DNA of 64,000 nucleotides from NCBI RefSeq assembly GCF_056712565.1, contig NZ_CM160072.1; one strand, 5' to 3'. Shown piece by piece: positions 9,617 to 18,327 of this stretch (position 1 is its first letter; each line of letters starts with the position of its first letter). The notes under the pieces were generated by a model. It saw only the letters and a program-made list of their open reading frames with translations, ran no database searches and was not told where the DNA came from. The position numbers and the translations under genes were made by a program.

Positions 9617-11199
9617 TGGCAATGGGAACAGGCTACTTTCTGGTCAGGGGGGACAAAACCACCTGCGGCGGGAAGATTATTGAAGGCGCGGACGACCATA
9701 CGATCATGGGTATCCCACAGGCACGGGATATGGATCGGGTCACCTGCGGCAGATATCCGGGAATGTTTATTATTGTGGGCGGCGTGCCGGAAACGGATAT
9801 TCACGGCAGGCTGATGGCGGGATCTCTGGACAACCAGAGCAGTTGCCCGTGCAAGGCGCGGTTTATTGCGTCAATGATGGATGATACCTATGAAACGGAT
9901 GACGGGGGAAGCGAGCCGGAACAACATGCGCAGTCGGCGAGGAAAAATCTGACTTCCGGTAATCCAGATAAAAAATACAGTCATCAGATAAAACTTCAAC
10001 ATGGCGAAAATAATGTTAGTGTACAGGACATACCTTATGTCTTTATCCTAAATAATAACATGTCTCTCAGTGGCAAGACTAATCAGGATGGCGAGACTGA
10101 GAGAATATATACAGATACTGCTCAAAAGGTAATTGCACTTACAGGAAAACTGGCTGATTCCTGGCTGAAAAGAGGGAAAAATTTTGGTTCATTAAAAGAA
10201 ATTGACAATAGAAAGATCGAATTAACAACTGAAGAGAATGAACCTGTAAAATATGTCAACTGGATTAATAGGCGTGATTATATTGTGATTGTGGCGGCCA
10301 GAACAGCCGTAACAAACTGGATAGGAATGGAGGACTCAAAAGGAAATCAGTATCGATTTATAAATTGTGGATTAGAACAATTACAACAGTTTCCTCCAGC
10401 CAGTAAACAGGATTCCAGTTCGCAGCGAATTATGGTGGTTTTTTCGCTTGGGTATACGCAAAAAGATATTGATAGAATTAATGATTATACTAAAGCGCAC
10501 GATGGAAGAATTATCTATGTCAAGAATAAGGATGAATTAGTTTCATTCCTGAATCAACGCAAAGAAAAAGGAAGAGTGATTAAGGAACTGGTTATTCTGT
10601 GCCACGGTGTTATTAAAACAGCTTCATATCATTATCATCATGAAGACAAGGATATTGAAAAAAATGGAATGTTTAAACATGAAGATATTGCAGCAGTTCA
10701 CGAGTCAGTTTTTGATTATGATGCCCATGTGACAACATATGCCTGTCGGGCCGGTATCTCAGATGGTGATAAAGATTTTTCCGGGAAGGATGATGCAGGG
10801 CAAAAGGACAGCCCGGCACAGAAAATGGCTGATAACTGGGATGTCATGGTTAAAGCGTTTGAGATGAGATCGGACTACAGTCTGGCTTATGGGACAGGCA
10901 AGGAAATTAAAGAAGCTCAGGAATATGGTAGTGTGGTAGAAAAATATAAAAAAGATATAGATATGTATAATAAAGAAAAAGCAAAGGGGAATACTGAAGT
11001 TTCCCCTCCAGTGAAACCAGAGGGATATGATGAGAAATCAAAACGCCATGCAGATGTTACTACCAGAGACAAAAATGAAAAGTCTGGCGGAGGACCAATA
11101 GCTCCTAATGGTGCATGGCATATGCCAAGAACAGGGGATTCGCCGAAAGGGCTGAAAAGCGGGTTACAGGATTATCAGCCTGAGGAGTGGGTTCAATAA
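9616..11199 (+). CDS. PAAR-domain protein fused to an uncharacterised C-terminal toxin-like domain (527 aa); candidate T6SS effector
   Basis: N-terminal about 95 aa is PAAR-like (GDKTTCGGKIIEGADDHTIMG...VTCG...SSCPC) and GC-rich. The rest is AT-rich with the motifs LVILCHGV and TTYACRAG. ATG overlaps the tssA stop (TGATG). Confidence 0.75.
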   Translation: MAMGTGYFLVRGDKTTCGGKIIEGADDHTIMGIPQARDMDRVTCGRYPGMFIIVGGVPETDIHGRLMAGSLDNQSSCPCKARFIASMMDDTYETDDGGSEPEQHAQSARKNLTSGNPDKKYSHQIKLQHGENNVSVQDIPYVFILNNNMSLSGKTNQDGETERIYTDTAQKVIALTGKLADSWLKRGKNFGSLKEIDNRKIELTTEENEPVKYVNWINRRDYIVIVAARTAVTNWIGMEDSKGNQYRFINCGLEQLQQFPPASKQDSSSQRIMVVFSLGYTQKDIDRINDYTKAHDGRIIYVKNKDELVSFLNQRKEKGRVIKELVILCHGVIKTASYHYHHEDKDIEKNGMFKHEDIAAVHESVFDYDAHVTTYACRAGISDGDKDFSGKDDAGQKDSPAQKMADNWDVMVKAFEMRSDYSLAYGTGKEIKEAQEYGSVVEKYKKDIDMYNKEKAKGNTEVSPPVKPEGYDEKSKRHADVTTRDKNEKSGGGPIAPNGAWHMPRTGDSPKGLKSGLQDYQPEEWVQ

Positions 11200-11828
11200 T
11201 GTTCTTAAAAAGAAAATGGTATTACGCAGTGACGACATCTGTCGTCATTACTTTGTGTGGTGGAGGATATTATATGTACAGGCAAGAATATCAGATGGTT
11301 GTCACTGTACCAACTGCTGACGCGAACGTTCCCAACTGGCCAAATAAAAGGATACAGTTTGATACCAGCGAATGGCTACAGCAACTTCAATATATTAAAA
11401 TAGATGATCATTATATATTGAATACTCAATATACTCCAATTGCTAATTTGGATGACTTTGGTATTACATTAAAATTACAGAACGCATTAAATGGGTCGGA
11501 TAAAAGACTTCCTGCACTATATGGCCTTGCTGAGATGGATGCTCAGAAATTTAAAGACCTGATGCGCGGTAAAATTAAATGTGAATATCTGAGGACGACA
11601 TTTGATGCGGAAACATTAAAGCCTGTCAATGATTATTTCCTTATTTCTTTTACTTATAAAGATAAGTGGTATGAATTTGAGACAGAAAGAAAAATATCTA
11701 AAACAAGTGATGATGGGTATTTTTTGTGGGCATTTGATAATACTGTCCACGAAGCAGGCTATTGGCATAACACAGATCCGGCTGCGTATTCCTATAGAGA
11801 TTACCAGAATGGTAAGGCTGTGAAATAA
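11199..11828 (+). CDS. Putative cognate immunity protein (N-terminal signal/anchor), about 209 aa
   Basis: ATG overlaps the toxin stop as TAATG (translational coupling). N-terminal hydrophobic segment AVTTSVVITLCGGG. AT-rich like the toxin domain. Track start 11187 is an in-frame upstream alternative. Confidence 0.55.
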   Translation: MFLKRKWYYAVTTSVVITLCGGGYYMYRQEYQMVVTVPTADANVPNWPNKRIQFDTSEWLQQLQYIKIDDHYILNTQYTPIANLDDFGITLKLQNALNGSDKRLPALYGLAEMDAQKFKDLMRGKIKCEYLRTTFDAETLKPVNDYFLISFTYKDKWYEFETERKISKTSDDGYFLWAFDNTVHEAGYWHNTDPAAYSYRDYQNGKAVK

Positions 11829-12084
11829 GTGTCAGGATACTCAGGCGGCGGTACTGTGCGATACGCAGCTTAGTTTGGATTACTGATTGTATTGTGGCCT
11901 ATATTGAAGCAGCTCAGCAGGAATTTGTTGAGAAAGCCAGAGAGACTGCAGATGATATCTGGGACTTGGGAACTATGTGGGCAAAAAATGTGCTAATTAA
12001 AGGAAGGGAGGTACTGGAGCATGAGGTGAAGTAATATCTAAGAGAAAATCTTGATAATATAATTAAGTGGGGACTAAATTAGAG

Positions 12085-12528
12085 ATGAATATTCAGGCAA
12101 TAAAAGAAATGGTAAATTTAATTTGTAGTTTTTTATTTATATTCTTTCTGTCCTCGGCTTTTGTTTCTTTTGGGTGTTATGCTATTTATGAATTGTTTTT
12201 ATGGAATGATATTATTGTATATAGCTGGGGATATATATTAATTGTCTTTTTACCTTTCACATTATATGTAATGTCGTTTGAGATTTTGTTTTTTGCTATT
12301 AGTGGGCGACGATTGTCTAAAGTAACAATGGTGCGCCTTTGGTTGATAATTAAAATTATTATTGCTTTCTCTATTTGCGCAGTGTTGATTTTTTCTTCAA
12401 TTTACAAAAAAGAATTATTATCTAGAAATTATATTGCTTGTAGTGGTATCCCGTCTGGGTGGATGCCGGGTCTGGCAACGAAATACGTTAAAGAAAAATC
12501 ATTATGCGAAAAAAATGGCAATAATTAA
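12085..12528 (+). CDS. Small very hydrophobic multi-TM protein; possible orphan immunity or membrane protein
   Basis: About 150-codon ORF in a roughly 25-30% GC region where stop codons are frequent. Several predicted TM segments. No clear RBS, so the start is uncertain (12067 or 12085). Confidence 0.35.
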   Translation: MNIQAIKEMVNLICSFLFIFFLSSAFVSFGCYAIYELFLWNDIIVYSWGYILIVFLPFTLYVMSFEILFFAISGRRLSKVTMVRLWLIIKIIIAFSICAVLIFSSIYKKELLSRNYIACSGIPSGWMPGLATKYVKEKSLCEKNGNN

Positions 12529-12897
12529 ATCAATGATGAGGTTATGATGTTTTATCTAAAAAACAATAGAGTAGCGATGTATCAGTAACAGTTAATTTTA
12601 TTTTCAGTGTGAGATTGCTTAATCTTACATGGCAAATAAATCAATGTCATGTAAAACGAAATGTAAATATCACACACTATATTAAAGATGTAATACCCAG
12701 GAAGATGAAGTAACTGACCGGCAATACTATAAGCAAAGTAGTCATTGTTTATTTTTAACAGATGATTGTAATGGTTTTTTAATTGCGCTCATCTTTATGG
12801 GTTATTGTTGTTTTTTACTGGTGTTTTATGAACTGTAAAATATATTTTCTTTTTACTGTTATCTAACTTTTTAGTTAAATGGGAAATAACTCTCTGA

Positions 12898-14658
12898 ATG
12901 GACGACCTGACCCAACGCTACTATGAAGCCGAAATGCGCTACCTGCGTGAAGCGGGTAAAGAATTCGCACAGGCGTATCCCGACCGTGCTGCGATGCTTA
13001 ATCTTGATAAACCCGGCGCACGCGATCCCTATGTGGAGCGCCTGTTCGAGGGCTTCGCTTTTTTAATGGGCCGCCTGCGCGAAAAGCTGGACGACGATCT
13101 GCCGGAACTGACTGAAGGGCTGGTCAGCCTGCTGTGGCCCCACTACCTGCGAACCATCCCGTCACTTTCCGTGGTTGAACTGTCGACAGATCACCGGCAG
13201 ATGAAGCAGAGCGAAACGCTGAGCGATTTTCAGGTATTGTCGCGCCCTGTTGGCGAGCGCAGAACCCGCTGCGTCTACAGTGCCACGCGTGATATCACGC
13301 TGCATCCGCTGGCGTTGCCGGACGTGTCATTGCAATATGAACCGGACGGACGCTCGGTTATCCGTCTGCGCTTTGCGTGCGGCCCGCTGGTTGGTGACTG
13401 GTCGCAGATCGATTTATCCCGCCTGCCGCTCTATCTCAATGCCGACAGCCCGGTAGCCTGTGCGTTGCACCGGGCTTTAACGCTTGGCACGCAGCAGTTC
13501 TGGCTGCGTCTGCCGGGGCAGGATCGCCGGATGCTTGGCGCACACTTTTCCCCGATGGGCTTTGAGGATGATGACAGGCTCTGGCCAAAAGGTGAGTCAG
13601 CCTTCAGCGGTTACCAGTTGCTGCTGGAGTATTTCACCTTCCGCGAGAAGTTTATGTTCGTGGCGCTGAACGGGCTGGAGCAGGTTGCATGGCCGGAGGG
13701 GATAACCGGCTTTGAGATTGACGTGGTGCTGAACGAGAACTGGCCTCACGACCTGCCGTTTGACAGCGATAATATCCGTCTGCACTGCGTGCCGGTCATC
13801 AACCTGTTCCCGCTCGAAGCCGATCCGTTACACCTTTCGCCACTGGAAAACGAATTTCTGCTACGCCCGATGCGCATTCAGGACGGGCATACCGAGATTT
13901 ATTCCGTCGACAACATTATTTCTTCGCGCCATACCGGCAGTCAGGCATATGTCCCCTTTTCCAGCTTTCGTCACCGGGGCGGGATGCTGCGCCACGATGC
14001 GCCGGAACGCTATTACCACACGCGGGTAAAGCGCGGCCCTTCCGGCTTGCACGACACATGGCTGATTCTGGGCGGCGATGCGTTTGATTCCGACCGGATG
14101 CTGGAGGATGAAACCCTGTCCTTAAGTCTGACCGGCACCAACGGGCAGCTTCCCCGTAAAGCCTTACAGAGCACCCTGCTCGATACGCCAGTTCATGCCT
14201 CACAGAACGTCCTGCGGGTGCGCAACCTGTGCGCCCCGACGCAGCCCTGCTATCCCCCGGCGCGTGACCGCTTCCACTGGCGGGTGCTCAGCCACCTCGG
14301 TTCTAACTTTTTATCGATGATGGATAACGCCGAAATTCTGCGCGGCACGCTGGCGCTGTACGACTGGACCGAAAGCGAGATGAACCGCCGTCGTCTGGAG
14401 GCGATTGTCGACGTTCAGCACAGCCTGATACAGCGTTTTGAAAGAGGCTTTCTGCTGCGTGGCGTGGATATTCAGGTGACGCTGGACAGTAACGGCTTTG
14501 CCGGAGAAGGTGATATCACGCTGTTTGGTGAACTGCTGCACCGCTTCTTCGCACTGTATGCCGATATCCACTTATTCACTCAACTGACCTTAATTCTGCA
14601 ACCCACAGGAAAGTGCCTGCAATGGACAGAGCATCACAGCCAGCGCGTACCGGGCTGA
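12898..14658 (+). CDS. tssF: TssF (ImpG/VasA-like) T6SS baseplate protein, 586 aa
   Basis: N-terminus MDDLTQRYYEAEMRYLREAGKEFAQAYPD is characteristic of TssF. Length fits. High GC. Confidence 0.85.
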   Translation: MDDLTQRYYEAEMRYLREAGKEFAQAYPDRAAMLNLDKPGARDPYVERLFEGFAFLMGRLREKLDDDLPELTEGLVSLLWPHYLRTIPSLSVVELSTDHRQMKQSETLSDFQVLSRPVGERRTRCVYSATRDITLHPLALPDVSLQYEPDGRSVIRLRFACGPLVGDWSQIDLSRLPLYLNADSPVACALHRALTLGTQQFWLRLPGQDRRMLGAHFSPMGFEDDDRLWPKGESAFSGYQLLLEYFTFREKFMFVALNGLEQVAWPEGITGFEIDVVLNENWPHDLPFDSDNIRLHCVPVINLFPLEADPLHLSPLENEFLLRPMRIQDGHTEIYSVDNIISSRHTGSQAYVPFSSFRHRGGMLRHDAPERYYHTRVKRGPSGLHDTWLILGGDAFDSDRMLEDETLSLSLTGTNGQLPRKALQSTLLDTPVHASQNVLRVRNLCAPTQPCYPPARDRFHWRVLSHLGSNFLSMMDNAEILRGTLALYDWTESEMNRRRLEAIVDVQHSLIQRFERGFLLRGVDIQVTLDSNGFAGEGDITLFGELLHRFFALYADIHLFTQLTLILQPTGKCLQWTEHHSQRVPG

Positions 14659-15701
14659 CCGACCGGCTGGCCCCGGATATTGCGCGGATCAATTTTTACC
14701 GTTTTTGCCAGTTGCTGGAACAGAGCCAGCAGAAAGCGCCGCTGGGCAGTACCGACAACCCCGCCGCCGATGCGGTGCGTTTTCGCCCCCATCCCGGAAT
14801 GGGCTTTCCGGTCAGCGAGTTAAAGAACGTTGAACGTGACGTGGACAATCCCGACGCGCCACCCACGGTGCGCACCACCTTTCTCGGCCTGTACGGCGTG
14901 GATTCACCGCTGCCCACCGCCTATCTGGACTACATTACCCAGCGTCATGACGGACATGACGCAGTGATGGCGTTTCTCGATATTTTTAACCATCGCTTTA
15001 TCACCCAGTATTACCGCATCTGGCGCAAATATAACTACCCGGCGTCGTTTGAAGCAGGTGCCGTGGATGACATTTCCCGTTGTCTGCTGGGGTTAATCGG
15101 GCTGGGTATTCCCGGCAGCGAGAACCATATCGCCACGCCTGTATCCCGTTTTCTGGCCCTGCTCAGCGTGATGCGCCTGCCCACCCGCACGGCTGAAGGC
15201 GTCACGGCACTGGTGGGGCTGCTTGCCCCGCTGACGAAAGCCACGGTGGTGCCTCACGATCCGCAGCCTGTAATTCTCCCGGCCCCTGCGGGTCTGTCAA
15301 AAAATTCACGCATCAGCCTGAAAACGCGAACGCTGCTGGGGCGTACCGGTACCGACGTCAACAGCCAGTTGCTGCTGAAACTGTATACCGAAGATGCCGC
15401 AGAAGCACGTGGCTGGCTGCCCGGCGGGCAACTGCACAGCGATTTGCTGGTGCTGCTGCGCGTTTATCTGGGCTGGCGCTGTCAGGCCCGTCTGCAACTG
15501 ACGCTGCCCGTCAGCCTGTTGCCTGCTGCCCGGCTGGGAAAACAGCGTGTACAGATTAGCCGTACCGGCATCCTTCGCGCCTCCTTTGCCGCGCCCGCGA
15601 CCGGAACAGTGACGGTCAGTCTGGGGCGTTATCAGGGATTAATACCCGCTTTTTCCATTCGTAACAGGGAGAGTATGACTCATGTTTCCTATTCGTTTTA
15701 A
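14622..15701 (+). CDS. tssG: TssG (ImpH-like) T6SS baseplate protein
   Basis: Immediately follows and overlaps tssF. N-terminal region ...IARINFYRFCQLLEQ... is typical of TssG. Length about 360 aa. Confidence 0.8.
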   Translation: MDRASQPARTGLTDRLAPDIARINFYRFCQLLEQSQQKAPLGSTDNPAADAVRFRPHPGMGFPVSELKNVERDVDNPDAPPTVRTTFLGLYGVDSPLPTAYLDYITQRHDGHDAVMAFLDIFNHRFITQYYRIWRKYNYPASFEAGAVDDISRCLLGLIGLGIPGSENHIATPVSRFLALLSVMRLPTRTAEGVTALVGLLAPLTKATVVPHDPQPVILPAPAGLSKNSRISLKTRTLLGRTGTDVNSQLLLKLYTEDAAEARGWLPGGQLHSDLLVLLRVYLGWRCQARLQLTLPVSLLPAARLGKQRVQISRTGILRASFAAPATGTVTVSLGRYQGLIPAFSIRNRESMTHVSYSF

Positions 15702-16218
15702 ACGTCCGGCGTTGCTCTGTATGGCGATGCTGACGGTTGTTCTGAGTGGCTGCGGGCTGATTCAGAAAGTGGTGGATGAATCGAAAAGCGTGGCCTCAGC
15801 CGTTTTCTACAAACAAATCAAAATACTGCATCTCGATTTCTTCTCCCGCAGCGCCCTGAATACGGATGCGGAAGATACGCCGCTTTCCACGATGGTGCAT
15901 GTCTGGCAACTGAAAACCCGCGAAGATTTTGACAAGGCGGATTACGACACCCTGTTTATGCAGGAAGAGAAGACGCTGGAGAAGGACGTACTGGCAAAAC
16001 ACACCGTCTGGGTAAAACCGGAAGGCACGGCATCCCTGAATGTGCCGCTGGATAAAGAGACGCAGTTTGTCGCCATTATTGGGCAGTTTTATCACCCTGA
16101 TGAAAAAAGCGACAGCTGGCGTCTGGTGATCAAAAGGGACGAACTGGAGGCCGACAAGCCGCGCTCGATTGAACTGATGAGAAGCGACCTGCGACTGCTG
16201 CCTCTCAAGGATAAATAA
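15682..16218 (+). CDS. tssJ: TssJ (SciN-like) outer-membrane lipoprotein
   Basis: Signal peptide with lipobox VLSGC (MFPIRFKRPALLCMAMLTVVLSGC). About 178 aa. Sits between tssG and tssE. Confidence 0.75.
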   Translation: MFPIRFKRPALLCMAMLTVVLSGCGLIQKVVDESKSVASAVFYKQIKILHLDFFSRSALNTDAEDTPLSTMVHVWQLKTREDFDKADYDTLFMQEEKTLEKDVLAKHTVWVKPEGTASLNVPLDKETQFVAIIGQFYHPDEKSDSWRLVIKRDELEADKPRSIELMRSDLRLLPLKDK

Positions 16219-16221
16219 CCG

Positions 16222-16650
16222 ATGTCGACACCTTCCTTATATGAAATGCTGACGTTCAGTTTCAGCGGCGAGTTACCGCTGGAACAGATCAGCGAGCGGG
16301 ATCAGCTTATCCTTTCCGTGATGGACAATATGCAACGCATTATCAACTGCCGGGCAGGCACGCTGGCGCATTTGCCGGATTACGGTCTGCCGGATCTCAG
16401 TCTGATCCATCAGGGGATGGCTGCGGGTATTCATGGCCTGATGCGTCAGATTGAAGAAACACTGCTGCGTTATGAACCACGCCTGAGTCAGATACAGGTG
16501 GAATTACTCCCCCAGCCCCGTCCGGGGCATCTTAATTACCTGATCCACGCGCAGCTTCCCGATACCGGCTGGATACGCTTTGATGGCGTATTTTCTCCGG
16601 AAGGACGAATTGTTCTGCGTCATCTCAAACAGCAGGAGCGGGCGTACTGA
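16222..16650 (+). CDS. tssE: TssE (gp25-like) T6SS baseplate protein, 142 aa
   Basis: Size and sequence character of the GPW/gp25 family. Tightly coupled to neighbours. Confidence 0.8.
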   Translation: MSTPSLYEMLTFSFSGELPLEQISERDQLILSVMDNMQRIINCRAGTLAHLPDYGLPDLSLIHQGMAAGIHGLMRQIEETLLRYEPRLSQIQVELLPQPRPGHLNYLIHAQLPDTGWIRFDGVFSPEGRIVLRHLKQQERAY

Positions 16651-18026
16651 TGGCAAGTAACGCGAATTTTATCAGCCAGTTCGTCATGGGCGGCGATCCC
16701 TGTACGTATAAGGAATCCGGTGAACTGCAGGCTGAAATGAGTAAACTGACTCACCCGGCCCGGCCAGACGTGGACTGGCGCCAAGTGGAAAAACTCAGCC
16801 TCGCGCTGTTCCGGCAAAATGGCGTGGAACTACAGACGCTGGTCTGTTACGTACTGGCGATAACCAGACGGCAGGGGCTGGCAGGGATGGCAGACGGACT
16901 CGGTTCACTGGATATACTGCTCCAGCGCTGGGCTGACTTCTGGCCGGTACAGGTACATTCCAGAATATCACTGCTCAGCTGGGTCACAGAAAAAATGCAG
17001 CAGGCACTGAGAACGCTGGATATTCAGTATCAGGATCTGCCGCAGATCTACCGTTGTGTACAGCATCTTTCTACCATAGAAACCACGCTGCAACAGTGTG
17101 AACTGTGGCATATGACGAAGCTGGACGTATTGTCCGGGCAGTTTCGCAATACCGCATTGCGTCTGGAACGGCTGGCGCCTCAGGGAGCGGAAACCACTAT
17201 CACTCCCCCTGAATTACCCCGCCGGGAAATGAATCAACCGAAAAAGTCAGAGGAAAGTCCACAGCCGGTTTTTGCAACCAGATCCGTTCAGCAAAACGAT
17301 AAGGATGCCAGTCCACCCGTTCCATCCCCTGAAATCTCCCGGCAGCGGACATGGCCGATATTTATGGCCGGAATGGTTGTGATGGCCGGTCTCGGCGGAA
17401 CAGGATTATGGGGCTGGTCGCAGCTTAATCAGCCGGACGCGCTAATCCAGCGAATACAACTGTCTGTCATGCCGTTGCCGCAGTCGCTGGAGAGCGGCGA
17501 ACTGGCAAAGCTGGATGTAAAGGATAAGGCGCTGCTGGCTCAGGACAGAACAATTGCGGCAAGTCAGATGCAACTGGAGCAGTTAAACAAATTGCCTGCC
17601 CGCTGGCCACTGGAGCAAGGATATCGCCAGCTACGCCAGCTTGATGCCCTGTGGCCGGATAATCCTCAGGTCAGGGCGCTGAACGCGCAGTGGCGCAAAC
17701 AGCGGGAGCTGAGCGCCCTGTCTGCTGAGGCACTGAATGGCTATGCTCAGGCGCAGAGCCAGCTACAGCGCCTGTCGGCGCAGCTGGATGCACTGGATGA
17801 ACGTAAGGGGAGATATCTGACCGGTTCGGAACTAAAAACGGCGGTGTACGGCATCCGGCAGTCGTTAAAGGAGCCGCCGCTGGAAGAACTGCTTCGGCAA
17901 CTGGAAGAGCAAAAACAGACCGGAGAGGTTTCGCCAACGCTGTTGACGCAAATTGATACCCGGTTAAATCAGTTGTTGAATCGCTATGTCATTTTACTGG
18001 ATACGAAGGTGGAACAAAGTCAGTAA
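16650..18026 (+). CDS. Second ImpA_N-domain protein with a central TM segment (VasL/TssA-like accessory protein)
   Basis: N-terminal ImpA_N-like region (GGDPCTYKESGELQAEMSKL...DWRQVEKLSLALF...GLGSLDILLQRW). TM segment WPIFMAGMVVMAGLGGTGLWGW. Coiled-coil-like Q/L-rich C-terminus. ATG overlaps the tssE stop. Confidence 0.6.
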   Translation: MASNANFISQFVMGGDPCTYKESGELQAEMSKLTHPARPDVDWRQVEKLSLALFRQNGVELQTLVCYVLAITRRQGLAGMADGLGSLDILLQRWADFWPVQVHSRISLLSWVTEKMQQALRTLDIQYQDLPQIYRCVQHLSTIETTLQQCELWHMTKLDVLSGQFRNTALRLERLAPQGAETTITPPELPRREMNQPKKSEESPQPVFATRSVQQNDKDASPPVPSPEISRQRTWPIFMAGMVVMAGLGGTGLWGWSQLNQPDALIQRIQLSVMPLPQSLESGELAKLDVKDKALLAQDRTIAASQMQLEQLNKLPARWPLEQGYRQLRQLDALWPDNPQVRALNAQWRKQRELSALSAEALNGYAQAQSQLQRLSAQLDALDERKGRYLTGSELKTAVYGIRQSLKEPPLEELLRQLEEQKQTGEVSPTLLTQIDTRLNQLLNRYVILLDTKVEQSQ

Positions 18027-18267
18027 ACATCGGGGGATTTATGTACCAATAAGGGATATGTGACCTTGCCATTTTTTAAAATGGAGTCTCTGTGTACAAA
18101 AAAAGAGAGGAACAGGCCATTCGATCTACTCGTTGATTCACATCAGATAATGAGTGTATATTTCGGTAGATAGCTTGGGTTCGGGAACAGTGAATACCTT
18201 AAGTTTCAAAAGATTGGATTAACCTCTTGACTGTGGCCCCCGCAACCAATTTATTAGAATGCTGACA

Positions 18268-18301
18268 AACCGCAATGTGTTCTACAAATTGCGGTTTTTT
18301 T
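18268..18301 (+). terminator. Rho-independent terminator downstream of the T6SS operon
   Basis: Hairpin ccgcaat...attgcgg followed by a run of 7 T. Confidence 0.5.
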
Positions 18302-18327
18302 GTATTTAAAATCTTTGTTCGCTGAAC

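Noticed and set aside
18227-18301. Possible tiny sRNA unit (TTGACT -35-like box about 35 nt upstream of the terminator hairpin)
   Set aside because: The -10 candidates are poor or badly spaced, and the transcript would be little more than the terminator. More simply explained as the terminator of the plus-strand T6SS operon.
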